DNA of 64,000 nt from the NCBI GenBank assembly GCA_964574655.1, contig CAZNOH010000003.1, positions 58,149 to 122,148 on the forward strand, read 5' to 3'. Below the pieces are notes generated by a model. The model did not search any database, was not told the origin of the DNA, and saw only the letters and a program-made list of their open reading frames with translations. Source of the stretch: an uncultured Candidatus Saccharibacteria bacterium. GTDB lineage: Bacteria; Patescibacteriota; JABMPQ01; JAQVVF01. Both the position numbers and the translations under genes were made by a program. Positions 9,942 to 20,107 of the stretch are shown piece after piece (position 1 is the stretch's first letter; every line of letters begins with the position of its first letter).

Positions 9942-10042
9942 ATAATAATTCTATATACACAGAATAATACTAAATTTGCTTAAAGTCAATACCCAAACTA
10001 CATATTATTTGATATAATAAAATAAATATATATAAAAATTTC

Positions 10043-11560
10043 ATGAAAATAAAAACAACAATTATAATCTTGTTATGTTTTCTTTTTTCTCCTTTATTAA
10101 CATTAGCTTCAGAAGCTTCAGAAAATTTATTATCAGCTAAAGCATATAACTTCACTTGGCCACTTGATAAATGGTCTTTTGATATGGAAGGTCAAAAATT
10201 TGGGACTATCAGAGGTAACGGAATTTACCATCTCGGAGACGACATCGGCATTTCTGCTGGATCACCAGTTTATTCTGTTGCAACTGGAACTGTTAAAAAT
10301 ATTGGCGTTTACACTGATTTTGGCACTGTTATTTTAATTGAGCATACTCTTTCAACTTCAGAAAAAATTGTTTCTTTATATGGACACTTAGGAAGAGATG
10401 TCAAAGTTAAAGAGGGACAATTCGTTAACAAAAATCAAGTAATCGGATATATCGGCACAACCGATGTCAATGGAGGCTGGTCTGAACATCTCCATTTCGG
10501 AATTAGAAAAGGAGCTTTTGTTAATGTTGAAACTAATTGGGTCTACTGGGGATTGGGTTCCAAAAATAAATTAAACGACTGGTATAATCCAACCGAATTT
10601 TTATGGTATAAAATCAACAATCCAGACATTATCACAGGAAAAATAATTACTGCACCAAATTATCCAGGTCGATCGCACATCAGAATTTTTAACGAAAAAG
10701 GTTACGCAATTCCATCTTTTGACTTCTTTGCCTATCCTCCAAAAAATAAAAAAGGATCTCAAATTTCTTTAGGCGATATTAATAATGACAAACAGCAAGA
10801 ATTGATTATCAGCTCAAATAGTTACAAACCTCAAATAAAAATTTTTAGTAAAAATTCTCAAGACTTTATAACAAAATTCAAACCATTCTCAAAAAAATAC
10901 AATGGACAAATAAATCTAATAACAACAGATCTAAATTCAGACGGTCAAGATGAGATCATTGCCACAACTGGTCCAAGCCAATATCCAAAAATAAAAATAT
11001 TCTCTTACAACACAACAACAAATCTCTTTGAAGAAAGTATCAAGATTCCAAGTCCATTCAGCCGAAAAATAAAATGCGGGATTAACTTAACCGTCATTGA
11101 TTTAAATAATGATAACAAAAAAGAAATTCTTGCCACTCCAGCCAACAACAAAAAATCAGTTTTAAAATATTGGAATGGATCAACTTGGAAAAAATTAAAA
11201 TCAAAAATCTTCAAAAAAAATAATGCAAAATTAACAACTGGAGATATCGATGGAGATGGTATTGAAGAAATAATTGCCGGTTCTCAATCTGGCAAAAGAT
11301 CAGAAATAAAAATTATTAATAAAGATGGACATATCAGAAAAAAAACCATTAAACCATTCAAATATAATTACAAAAACGGCATAAATATTACCACAACTGA
11401 CTATAACAATGATGGAATTTTGGATATCGTCGCTTCCGTTGCAAAATCAGGCTTACCAAAAATTAAAGTCATTCAATACAAACAAAGACTTGTTTTAGCT
11501 TCTTTTTTAGCTTATAATGAAAATTTCATGGGTGGAGTAAATATCATCGGAATTAAATAA
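10043..11560 (+). CDS. Secreted M23-family metallopeptidase fused to FG-GAP/VCBS-like repeats
   Basis: Signal peptide. M23 motifs YHLGDDIG and HLHFGIRKG. C-terminal repeats of the form D(L/I)N(N/S)DGxxEIIA(T/G). Confidence 0.75.
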   Translation: MKIKTTIIILLCFLFSPLLTLASEASENLLSAKAYNFTWPLDKWSFDMEGQKFGTIRGNGIYHLGDDIGISAGSPVYSVATGTVKNIGVYTDFGTVILIEHTLSTSEKIVSLYGHLGRDVKVKEGQFVNKNQVIGYIGTTDVNGGWSEHLHFGIRKGAFVNVETNWVYWGLGSKNKLNDWYNPTEFLWYKINNPDIITGKIITAPNYPGRSHIRIFNEKGYAIPSFDFFAYPPKNKKGSQISLGDINNDKQQELIISSNSYKPQIKIFSKNSQDFITKFKPFSKKYNGQINLITTDLNSDGQDEIIATTGPSQYPKIKIFSYNTTTNLFEESIKIPSPFSRKIKCGINLTVIDLNNDNKKEILATPANNKKSVLKYWNGSTWKKLKSKIFKKNNAKLTTGDIDGDGIEEIIAGSQSGKRSEIKIINKDGHIRKKTIKPFKYNYKNGINITTTDYNNDGILDIVASVAKSGLPKIKVIQYKQRLVLASFLAYNENFMGGVNIIGIK

Positions 11561-11685
11561 CCAAGATACAAGAAACAAACAATAACCAATAACCAAACTC
11601 CAATAACCAAACTCGTCGCATTGTCCGTCGGTTTGGTTATTGGTTATTTTAATTTGAATATTGTTTGTTTCTTGTATCTTGGTTA
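11561..11685. repeat. Palindromic MITE-like repeat element, copy B
   Basis: Near-perfect inverted repeat with ~58-bp arms (ccaagatacaagaaacaaacaataaccaataaccaaac ... RC). Between the M23 gene and tsaD. May double as a terminator. Confidence 0.65.
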
Positions 11686-11700
11686 TTAGCAATTTATCAA

Positions 11701-12744
11701 ATGCTAATTCTCGGAATCGACACATCCTGTGATGACACTTCGGCCGCCATCGTAAAAGACGGTTCTTTTGTTTTATCAAATATTGTTTCTTCGCAAACAG
11801 AAATCCACAAAGAATTCGGCGGCGTTGTCCCAGAAGTTGCCGCCCGAAAACATATTGAATTAATAATTCCAGTCATCAAACAAGCAATTTCAGAAGCAAA
11901 AATAACAAAAGAACAATTAGATTTAATCGCCGTAACAAATGGTCCAGGCTTAATAACTTCTTTGATGGTTGGAATTGATACTGCGAAATCATTAGCCTAT
12001 TCTTTAAATAAAAAAATAATTGCCATTAATCATCTTGAAGGCCATATCTATGCAAATTGGCTTTATCCGCCTAATATCCGAATTTCCGAATTTCCGAATT
12101 TCCAGTTTCCCATTTTATGTTTAATAGTCAGCGGCGGTCACACAGAACTTGTTTTTATGCCTAACCATCTTAAATACAACGTCATTGGTCAAACCAGAGA
12201 TGATGCTAGCGGAGAAGCATTTGATAAAGTTGCCAAATTATTAAATATTGGCTATCCTGGCGGACCAATTGTTTCCAAATTAGCAAAATCAGGCAATGAC
12301 AAAGCCTACAATTTTCCACGTCCGATGATTAATTCAAAAGATTATGATTTCAGTTTTTCAGGACTCAAAACAGAAATTTTTAGGCTAACTCAGAAATATA
12401 AAAAATTTAACCAGCAACAAATCAATGATATCTGCTCTTCTTTTCAAAAAGCAGTTGTTGATACCTTAGTTTTCAAAACAATCAAAGCTGCAAAAGAATA
12501 CAAGATTAAAACAATTATGCTTGGAGGCGGAGTTTCCGCAAATAAACTATTGCGTCAAGAACTCAAAAACAAAATTGAAAAAGAAATTCCCAATTCTCAA
12601 TTCTCTCTTCTCAATTCTCAATTCACGTCTGACAATGGTGCGATGATCGCTGCTGCCGCTTATCAACATGCCATCGTAAGGAACAAAAATTTTTGTTCCT
12701 TACCGTACAAAAAAATAATTCCAGAAACAAATTTAAACCTATAA
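11701..12744 (+). CDS. tsaD: tRNA N6-adenosine threonylcarbamoyltransferase TsaD (Kae1/Gcp family)
   Basis: LGIDTSCDDTSAAIV N-terminus, HLEGHIYAN, SGGHTEL, GGGVSAN. Start moved to ATG 11701 outside the repeat element. Contains in-frame 8-mer x3 repeat at 12078-12103. Confidence 0.85.
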   Translation: MLILGIDTSCDDTSAAIVKDGSFVLSNIVSSQTEIHKEFGGVVPEVAARKHIELIIPVIKQAISEAKITKEQLDLIAVTNGPGLITSLMVGIDTAKSLAYSLNKKIIAINHLEGHIYANWLYPPNIRISEFPNFQFPILCLIVSGGHTELVFMPNHLKYNVIGQTRDDASGEAFDKVAKLLNIGYPGGPIVSKLAKSGNDKAYNFPRPMINSKDYDFSFSGLKTEIFRLTQKYKKFNQQQINDICSSFQKAVVDTLVFKTIKAAKEYKIKTIMLGGGVSANKLLRQELKNKIEKEIPNSQFSLLNSQFTSDNGAMIAAAAYQHAIVRNKNFCSLPYKKIIPETNLNL

Positions 12745-12790
12745 AAAAATCGCCCAAATATTTAAGCGGTTTTTAGTTTATACATCATTT

Positions 12791-13318
12791 TTATTTCGTC
12801 ATGCTTCCCATACTTTGTTTTATAACAAATTCCGCTTTGCATTTTTTATGTTTTGCTTTTGTTGCTATTCCATTGTTAAGATAAAGCGCGCTATTTTTAA
12901 ATTTCAAAGTTGCTTTGCCTGGAGCTTTTGCCAAAAAAGTAACTGTAAATAACCTCCCTTTCTTTCCAGAAAATCCTGGATAAAAAATTACTCCAGTAAA
13001 TCGCATTTTGCCATTTACGATTTTATAGCCTTCCAAATTTCTCAGCCAATAAGTCAAAACATTTCTGTCTGGAGAAGTTCTTTTTACTTCCAGCAAATTC
13101 TTTGAAAAAATAATTTCTCCGTCTATCGCATTTATCGCCTTTTCCACATCAGCGCTATTTACAACATAATTTTTAACAAAAACTTCTACCGAAAATTCTT
13201 GCCCAACCAAAATATTAGCTTTTTTAGGCGAAAAACACAACTTTTTATTTGCTGCAAAACTATAAAAGGGCGCCAACAAAAAGCAGGCTGACAAACAAAA
13301 TATTATTATTTTTTTCAT
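12791..13318 (-). CDS. Secreted cohesin-like domain protein
   Basis: Signal peptide. Beta-sandwich-like segment resembling a cohesin module (ILVGQEFSVEVFVKN...INAIDGEIIF...LLEV...GKKGRLFTVTFLAKAPGKATLKF). Confidence 0.4.
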   Translation of the reverse strand: MKKIIIFCLSACFLLAPFYSFAANKKLCFSPKKANILVGQEFSVEVFVKNYVVNSADVEKAINAIDGEIIFSKNLLEVKRTSPDRNVLTYWLRNLEGYKIVNGKMRFTGVIFYPGFSGKKGRLFTVTFLAKAPGKATLKFKNSALYLNNGIATKAKHKKCKAEFVIKQSMGSMTK

Positions 13319-13319
13319 T

Positions 13320-14207
13320 TTATTTTAATGACTTTTTACGCGCAACCAAATAAAAACTAATTATTATTAATAATAACACAAAAAATATAATTATATAAAT
13401 CAGAGAATTATTTTCTTCTTTTATTTTATCGAAATTTACTTTTTCAATTCTTTCATTTCCAGCTTTGTCAATTACTTTCACTTGTATTTCTTGATTCAAT
13501 CTTTGATTTTTCAATACATAAGGGCTTTCTGTTATTACAAAACTGCTATCTCCTTCTTTTACTTCATAATGATCAATTCCAGAATTCTTGTCAGAAGTCG
13601 CAAAACTTAAAAAATATTTTCCATTAAACAATCCATCTTTTTTGCTCATTTCAGGCTTGAAAGATTCAGGCAAAATAGTATCGCTCTTAATATCCGTCTC
13701 AATTCCATTTGAAGTTCTGCTGATTAAAAAATCTAAATTAGAAAAAACAATATTTGCCAGCTCGCCATTCTCGTTATTTTTTGCAATTTGCGAATTATCT
13801 TCAAAAAAAATATTTGCTGTTCCATCTTTAATCGCTTCAAAAGTCAAACTGCCAAGCAAGCCATTTTTTCCTTCATAACCATTAGCAATAATTCCTGCCA
13901 AATTTATTTTAGTATCATTGCTTTGAGGCCTAACAATCCAAAAATTTATTAAAGAATTTCCATCGCTAAAATCTTTATATTTCAATGTTTCAGAAGAAAA
14001 ACCAACATTTAAATCAACAGCATTTATTGCTTCAAATCCTGTATCCAAAAAAACTTTAGCAGAAAAAAAATCTGTAATTCCAATTTCTTTTTTATCCAAT
14101 TCAAAATACAATCTTGCTGCCTTCACGCCATTGCCAAAAAACAAGCATAAAAACATGCTTATTAAAACTAATACGAAAAAAGATTTTTTTTTACTTTTTA
14201 CTTGCAA
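13320..14207 (-). CDS. Membrane-anchored cohesin-like domain protein (signal peptide, C-terminal TM anchor)
   Basis: FSAKVFLDTGFEAINAVDLNVGFS...LLGSLTFEAIKDGTANIFF cohesin-like segment. C-terminal hydrophobic helix followed by RKKSLK. Apparent TTG start overlaps a dispersed repeat motif. Confidence 0.4.
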   Translation of the reverse strand: MQVKSKKKSFFVLVLISMFLCLFFGNGVKAARLYFELDKKEIGITDFFSAKVFLDTGFEAINAVDLNVGFSSETLKYKDFSDGNSLINFWIVRPQSNDTKINLAGIIANGYEGKNGLLGSLTFEAIKDGTANIFFEDNSQIAKNNENGELANIVFSNLDFLISRTSNGIETDIKSDTILPESFKPEMSKKDGLFNGKYFLSFATSDKNSGIDHYEVKEGDSSFVITESPYVLKNQRLNQEIQVKVIDKAGNERIEKVNFDKIKEENNSLIYIIIFFVLLLIIISFYLVARKKSLK

Positions 14208-14241
14208 CTTTTTACTTTTTAATTTTTAATTTTGACTTTTC

Positions 14242-15156
14242 TTAGCCTGTCCAATAATACGCCATTACGCTCAAATCTCTAATGTCAATAATTCCGTCCT
14301 TTTTAAGTCTTTCATCAACATTCTTTTTTGCCAGATCAGTTAAACCGCGCCCCCACCAATAAGCCAAAATAGACATATCAACAATATTAACCTTGCAATC
14401 AGTATTCAAATCAGCTCTTCCCGGACAAGCCCTTTCTTTTTTCTTTTTAGAAACTTCTTTGACTTCAAAGTCCACTTTTGGCGACAAATCAGAAATACTT
14501 CCGCCATTGCCAACGCTTGCCCTTGCCTTGGCTCCATAATCACCATACTCCATTGAAGAAGTATCTAAATTATAAAGCCACAAACCACTATCATCAGCAA
14601 CCGTCAAGCCAGATGTTGGCGTATTCCAAATTGAATCAAAATACACTGAAACATTAACTAACGGCTTGCTCTTTCCAAAAACACTGACAATATCTCCTCT
14701 TGCCACCTCATCTTTATCAACATCAATTGTCGGCGACAAAAAGATACCGCTGATCTGCGTTGTCACGCCAGAAGTCACTGATATTGCAAAAGCTAACGAA
14801 TTTGTCCTTCTGCCGTCTATATCATCGCCATACAAAGTAAACATATAAACTCCAGCTGACAAGCCAGTTAAAGTAATTTCAAAATTAGCATCTGGTCCAG
14901 CTTGAGTGCTTGCCGAAATCGCCCCATCTTTCAAAAGCGTTACAAAGCTTGAAGGCGCTGCCATGCCTTTGAATACTACGCTTGTTTCTGCTGGCGGAGT
15001 AATCGGCAAAATTTCAATGCGAAAATTGGAAGTATCCGAAGCTCTGCATGGAACACGTAACATAGAACATAAAACAAACGACAAAATTGCCATTAGAAAA
15101 AATTTATTCCGCATGTTCCATATTATATGTTTCATGTTATGTATTATATATTTCAC
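14242..15156 (-). CDS. Secreted protein with C-terminal dockerin-like domain
   Basis: Two Ca-binding-loop-like repeats ADLNTDCKVNIVDMSILAYWWG and KKDGIIDIRDLSVMAYYW at the C-terminus. N-terminal beta-rich domain. True start may be an internal Met (MRNKFFLMAILSF). Confidence 0.5.
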   Translation of the reverse strand: MKYIIHNMKHIIWNMRNKFFLMAILSFVLCSMLRVPCRASDTSNFRIEILPITPPAETSVVFKGMAAPSSFVTLLKDGAISASTQAGPDANFEITLTGLSAGVYMFTLYGDDIDGRRTNSLAFAISVTSGVTTQISGIFLSPTIDVDKDEVARGDIVSVFGKSKPLVNVSVYFDSIWNTPTSGLTVADDSGLWLYNLDTSSMEYGDYGAKARASVGNGGSISDLSPKVDFEVKEVSKKKKERACPGRADLNTDCKVNIVDMSILAYWWGRGLTDLAKKNVDERLKKDGIIDIRDLSVMAYYWTG

Positions 15157-15158
15157 AC

Positions 15159-17588
15159 CTAATTCGCCACAACATCAACTGTCATAGTAATCGTATATGA
15201 TCCAACTGCTTGTTCCGCTGGAATCATCTGCGAAACAGCAACTCCAGTCAAATCCCAATAACAACTTGTGCCAGCAGTAGCACCTGCAATCAATAATGTC
15301 GCGCTATTTGTAGTCCCTTCAACAAAAGAAGTTGAGCCACCTAAAGTTATACCAGTATTAGTACAACCTACTTGTGGCGTGCTAGTCGCAACAGAAGCAT
15401 TCTGCGTCATTTGTCCACCATACAAATCAGCATCAACAACGCTATCCGCGCACCCACTACTCCCATTATCATTAAAATCAAAATTAGGCGATCCTGCTGA
15501 CCATAAAGCTGTTGTTACCGAAGCAGCCGCACTTAATGTCCAAAGAGAATTGCCAGTTCCATTATTCACTCTAATTCTTTGAGAATCTATCCCAAAAGTC
15601 CCCGTTGATGTCTGGCAAGCAAAATCAAGATTCTTTGAAGACATATTTACATTTGGACTAATAACTTCTGCTCCGCCAGAATCAACAATCAACACGCTCA
15701 ATGTTCCACTTAGTTTAGTTATTGTAATCTTGCTTGAATCTTCTGCATTGCTGTCAATTGAAGTATTCATATAACTAGTTGAACTAGTCGCCGAATCGCT
15801 TCCAGTTGTAATTAAATACATAAACCCCTCTGTCGCCCCAACCTTAATATTAACATTACCGCTAGCATGAGTATTAGTAATTCTAACATTATTCGTCGTA
15901 TCCCAAGCTGCAGAGCATGTTGTGGTCCCATTATCACTGCCCGCATCATAAAAACCGCAAGTGCCAAGTGTTGTTCCAGTCGAACCAGCCCATCCCGCTT
16001 TAACATTAACATGATCAACATAATCTGAAGCTGTCCGCATTTTCGCTGTTGTCCCGCCATTATTTTTTAATAAAGCATCCACTCGATACTGCGTTGAGGG
16101 ACTAATATCAGTACCGCTAGTGCAACTGATTGTATTTGCATTTGTATCTGTCAAAGTCCCCTCGCAAGCCAAAGTACCAGCGCCCCAAGTCAAACTAGCC
16201 GACTGATAAATTTTGAAATTAACCGCGCCTGTTATCCAAGTAAAATCCAGAGCTGAAATATCCGCTACTGTATTGCCAAAATCATCATCAGGTGTTGGCG
16301 CTGACCACATTGCATACATCCGCTCATTAGACGAAGCATTAATTGAAACACCCTGAAAATCACTTGTCGTCGAACTCAATATCGTATCTGCTGTCCAAGT
16401 TGAACCGCCATTATAAGAAACAGCTGAATAAACACTTCTAGTACCAACCACTGAAGGCGCTCTGGCATAAGAGACATAAAGATCAGCGCTATTGCTATCA
16501 ATACCGATTGAAACATCAAAAATAAAAGAGGCGGCATCAGTTGTGTCCGGCCACGGATCAGTCAATTGACTCCATGTAGAACTACTATATTTCCAGGCTC
16601 TAATCTCGCTCGTATTCGCTGTTCCTGGATTAACCACATAAGAAATATAAAGATCATTAGTTGCCAAATCTACTGTTCCAGAAATAGAGCCAGGATAAGT
16701 TATGCTATCCGCCGCGCTAATATCAATATCAGTAAAATCAGTTACCCAAGTATTCGTGGCATCAGTATAAATTTTATATTCAATATCATCAGTGGCAATA
16801 TCTCGATGCACTAACATCATATTTCCACTTGCCATTGGCAACAATAATACCTCGTGGTTGTCATTAGTATCATCTCCAACATTATCCCAAGGATTAGGTG
16901 TTTGCGTTCCTCCTGTCCACGAAGCCGCCAAAGTACAATCACTAGCGCTAGGACAACTTTCTACAAAATTTGCTGGCGCTGTTGGCGCTGTAATATCACA
17001 AGTTACAACATAAAGATCTCCATTTGTTCCTTTAGCGATATTAAGATCATTAGCAGTCGTAATTGACCCTTCCGCTCCGCCTGATACATCTCTCGCTGTA
17101 CTAGCCGTATCAGTAGCAGTATTAAAACGGCTATACCAAAGTCTATCTGTGCCTATCTCAAAGAAAACCAAATGAATATAAGTACCAGTCGTATCTCCTG
17201 GCGTCCAGCGATCATACCATGCTCCCACGCCAATAAAAGTTCCTGCTGCTGCCACGCCACTCGCTGCCGCCCAGCTTGTCCCGCTATTAGTTGACTTATT
17301 CCAAAAAACATCGTCCGCGTTAGTCGCGTCAATATAAAAAGAATAGCAAACCGTATCCGAAATACAGACAATTTGACTTGTTGACCTTTGATGAACAGCT
17401 GTTATTGCAACCGTATTATCAATTGTTACCTGCGCTGCCAAAGCCTCTGGAACTTCTTGGGGAATTAAAAAAGACTTGTTTTGTTCAGCTAAATCCTTAT
17501 AAAAATCTGGCGGATAACTAAAAAACCAGCTGGCTATCATCACGAAAATTAGTAAAAATCTAGTTGTCTTTTTAATAATTTTCATCAT
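15159..17588 (-). CDS. Large secreted Ser/Thr-rich BNR(Asp-box) repeat protein with C-terminal WxL-type domain
   Basis: Asp-box motifs (KSTNSGTSW, VSYNGGSTW). The C-terminal ~210 aa are homologous to the whole 20108..20821 protein, including W-T-L and W-D-L motifs (NSLWTLSAA ... SCYWDLTGVAVSQMIPAEQ). Confidence 0.55.
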   Translation of the reverse strand: MMKIIKKTTRFLLIFVMIASWFFSYPPDFYKDLAEQNKSFLIPQEVPEALAAQVTIDNTVAITAVHQRSTSQIVCISDTVCYSFYIDATNADDVFWNKSTNSGTSWAAASGVAAAGTFIGVGAWYDRWTPGDTTGTYIHLVFFEIGTDRLWYSRFNTATDTASTARDVSGGAEGSITTANDLNIAKGTNGDLYVVTCDITAPTAPANFVESCPSASDCTLAASWTGGTQTPNPWDNVGDDTNDNHEVLLLPMASGNMMLVHRDIATDDIEYKIYTDATNTWVTDFTDIDISAADSITYPGSISGTVDLATNDLYISYVVNPGTANTSEIRAWKYSSSTWSQLTDPWPDTTDAASFIFDVSIGIDSNSADLYVSYARAPSVVGTRSVYSAVSYNGGSTWTADTILSSTTSDFQGVSINASSNERMYAMWSAPTPDDDFGNTVADISALDFTWITGAVNFKIYQSASLTWGAGTLACEGTLTDTNANTISCTSGTDISPSTQYRVDALLKNNGGTTAKMRTASDYVDHVNVKAGWAGSTGTTLGTCGFYDAGSDNGTTTCSAAWDTTNNVRITNTHASGNVNIKVGATEGFMYLITTGSDSATSSTSYMNTSIDSNAEDSSKITITKLSGTLSVLIVDSGGAEVISPNVNMSSKNLDFACQTSTGTFGIDSQRIRVNNGTGNSLWTLSAAASVTTALWSAGSPNFDFNDNGSSGCADSVVDADLYGGQMTQNASVATSTPQVGCTNTGITLGGSTSFVEGTTNSATLLIAGATAGTSCYWDLTGVAVSQMIPAEQAVGSYTITMTVDVVAN

Positions 17589-17775
17589 TATTATGAACTC
17601 ATTGTAAGTTATTCTATATTTTGACTTAAATAAAAATATAATTCATCAAAACCTAGACATAAGCTTTACCAATATTCTCAAAACATCTTCTGCATTTTCT
17701 GCGTTAGCTTCTGCGTTATTCTGCGTTAAAGATTGATTAAAAATTGCTAGATTTTATTTAAGAATATGCCAAAAT

Positions 17776-18766
17776 TTAAAATAACTCGCTATTAGTTCTA
17801 TTAATAAAAAAATCTGAAACGCCTTTTGAAATTTCACGAATCACTTCTTTCTTGCCATCAGCAATATCACCTTCTACTGACACGCATAATAAATATCGAT
17901 ATTGCTTTAAATAAACTATGCCATAATCAGTTAGAATTTTCTCGCTTTCTGCTATTCCAATTTTATGCGCTATTTTAGTTCCAGAAGGAAGACCAGATAC
18001 AATCAAATCTTTGCCTTCAGAATCAACAAGAAATGAAAGAATTAAATTGGAATTTTCTTGATTAAGAAAAGAGGCATTATAAAGCGTCCGAAAAAATAAT
18101 CGCAAACTTCTTCAATGAAAGATGAGCTTCTTCTCCCTCTGGAGCAGAAAGAGTCAAATATTCAAAAGTATCTTTATATTCCTCAGCGCTAATATAGCGA
18201 AGTAAAATATTTCTAGCAGTATTATCAGAACGATTAAGCATTGCTTGCAACACCTCACGAAAATTAACAGTATCGCCTGCTTTCTTTTCCTTGCACCAAT
18301 TTCCATAACCGCAATCTAGATCTTCTTTCTTTATTATCGGCGTCTGATCTAAAGTATAAGCCTTTTCCTCCACTTTTTTCAAAAAAGCCATTGCCAAAGG
18401 AATTTTAAGCAAGCTAGCTGGATAAAATTCTTCTTTCTCGCGCAACCCCACCCATCCGCCTCTCCGGAAAGATTCAAAATAAACTCTTGTTGTAAATTGC
18501 GGGTATTTCTTTATTATATCTTCCAGAATTTTTTTCAAAGGATCAGAAGCAATCAACAAATCCTTATATCGGCCCGCATCAGGACTAAGCAATTCAAATT
18601 CAGAATTTATTCCTGATCCTGAATCTTGTTCCTTCTGCAAAAAACCTTGAGAAGTTTTAAAAAAATTCTGTTGGCCAATAAAAAAACCGCCTAAAAATAT
18701 AACAAAAAATCCCACTGCAACTAAAACAATAATTATTTTTTTATTTTTAATTAAGCTTAATTTCAT
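17776..18766 (-). pseudogene. Class A beta-lactamase-like serine hydrolase split by a frameshift (two overlapping ORFs 18077..18766 and 17776..18105)
   Basis: Upstream ORF has S-x-x-K (SLLK) and SDN (RSDNTARN) motifs. Downstream ORF in another frame has a KTG-like KIG motif in the expected context. The ORFs overlap by 29 nt. Confidence 0.5.
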
Positions 18767-18847
18767 ATTTTATTTCCAAAAACAGCTAAACAAAACTAAA
18801 ACAAAGAGATTCTACTCTTTGTAACAGCTTTAAAAATTATATCTTTT

Positions 18848-20098
18848 TTATTTTTCTTTGCTTTTTTCATCTTTTTTCTCCTTTGGCGGAACTTTTATTT
18901 TATCGCCTAAGCCTAAAACATAAGGCGCTTTCAATTTATTCACTCCTGCTAGAATTTTCCAAGACACATCAAATTTTTTCGCCAAATTTTTTATATCATC
19001 GCCTTGTTTAATCTCATAATCAATCCAAGATTTTGCAATCCATTTTTTCCTTTCTTGGTAAAACCAATACAAAAATCCCGCAAATAATATAAAAAACGCA
19101 ATCAAACCTTGGACGATCAAACCATTTGTTTTTGGCATCACAAAAAACCAGATTGCCGGTCTTTCTAATTTAGTCAGCTCTTTGCCGCTTTCTATACCAA
19201 CTGAAGCCTCCTTATTAGCATCGTAGGAAACTTCCAAAACAGCCTTGTACCAACCTCCCCAAAACGGCTTTTTTGCTTCAAAATTCCAATCTGATGTCTC
19301 GCCTCGCAAAACCGGATGCTGCCCGCCATTTTCTGTGATTGTTACTCCAAAAATGTTTTTTAATTTAGCCTTAATATCGGCATCTATTGACACATTGCCC
19401 AAATTTTTCACCAATGGATGCAAATTATAAACGTTTAGATTGTTCTTAACTGGCAATTTCTCAAACCCAGCAATTTCTAATTTTCTCACAATCTCTCCTG
19501 GAACTGTAATAGCCATTCTCATACCAGTCCGAACTAACAAATTTACTCCGCTTTGATTTTTTGGCGCTTCTTTTTTTTCCTGAACCATAATACAACCATT
19601 GCTTTCCCCAACAGGAGCATTTTTGGGCACATTTACGACAAAAGATACTGCTTCTGTTTTAGTTGGCTCCAATGTAACTTCCTTTTTTGCCAATTTAACC
19701 CAAGTTCCTACTTCTTTTTGTTGATCCAAAAATTGACTGCAAGCAAAACCACCGCCAGACGAATGCTCCGAATCAACAGCATAAACCAACAAAGTTTTTG
19801 TTTCTTTAGTATTATTAACTACTAAAACTGCATCGTCTTTTTTATCACCAAGATTAAGATTATATATAAAAATTGATTCTGTTCTGGGATTAGAAGAATC
19901 AGGATTTGCCGGCCGCCCACCGAAACCCCCATATTCAATTGCAAAAGATGGAAATGATATCAACAAGCCAAAAATCAAAAAAACAGCTATCCAAATCCAA
20001 GAACATCTGTTTTTACACCTCACAAAAAACAAGTTCTTTACAACTATAACAAATCGCCTCAACCATTTATTGGCGTTAACATTTTTCATATTATTCAA
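18848..20098 (-). CDS. Secreted/membrane protein with DUF916-like N-terminal domain (tentative), C-proximal TM helix and C-terminal LysM domain
   Basis: Signal-anchor, then segment resembling CscA/DUF916 proteins of WxL loci (GGFGGRPANPDSSNPRTESIFIYNLNLGDKK...VLVVNNTKETKTLLVYAVDS). TM helix. LysM (YEIKQGDDIKNLAKKFDVSWKILAGVN). Confidence 0.45.
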   Translation of the reverse strand: MNNMKNVNANKWLRRFVIVVKNLFFVRCKNRCSWIWIAVFLIFGLLISFPSFAIEYGGFGGRPANPDSSNPRTESIFIYNLNLGDKKDDAVLVVNNTKETKTLLVYAVDSEHSSGGGFACSQFLDQQKEVGTWVKLAKKEVTLEPTKTEAVSFVVNVPKNAPVGESNGCIMVQEKKEAPKNQSGVNLLVRTGMRMAITVPGEIVRKLEIAGFEKLPVKNNLNVYNLHPLVKNLGNVSIDADIKAKLKNIFGVTITENGGQHPVLRGETSDWNFEAKKPFWGGWYKAVLEVSYDANKEASVGIESGKELTKLERPAIWFFVMPKTNGLIVQGLIAFFILFAGFLYWFYQERKKWIAKSWIDYEIKQGDDIKNLAKKFDVSWKILAGVNKLKAPYVLGLGDKIKVPPKEKKDEKSKEK

Positions 20099-20107
20099 AA
20101 CTCAATA

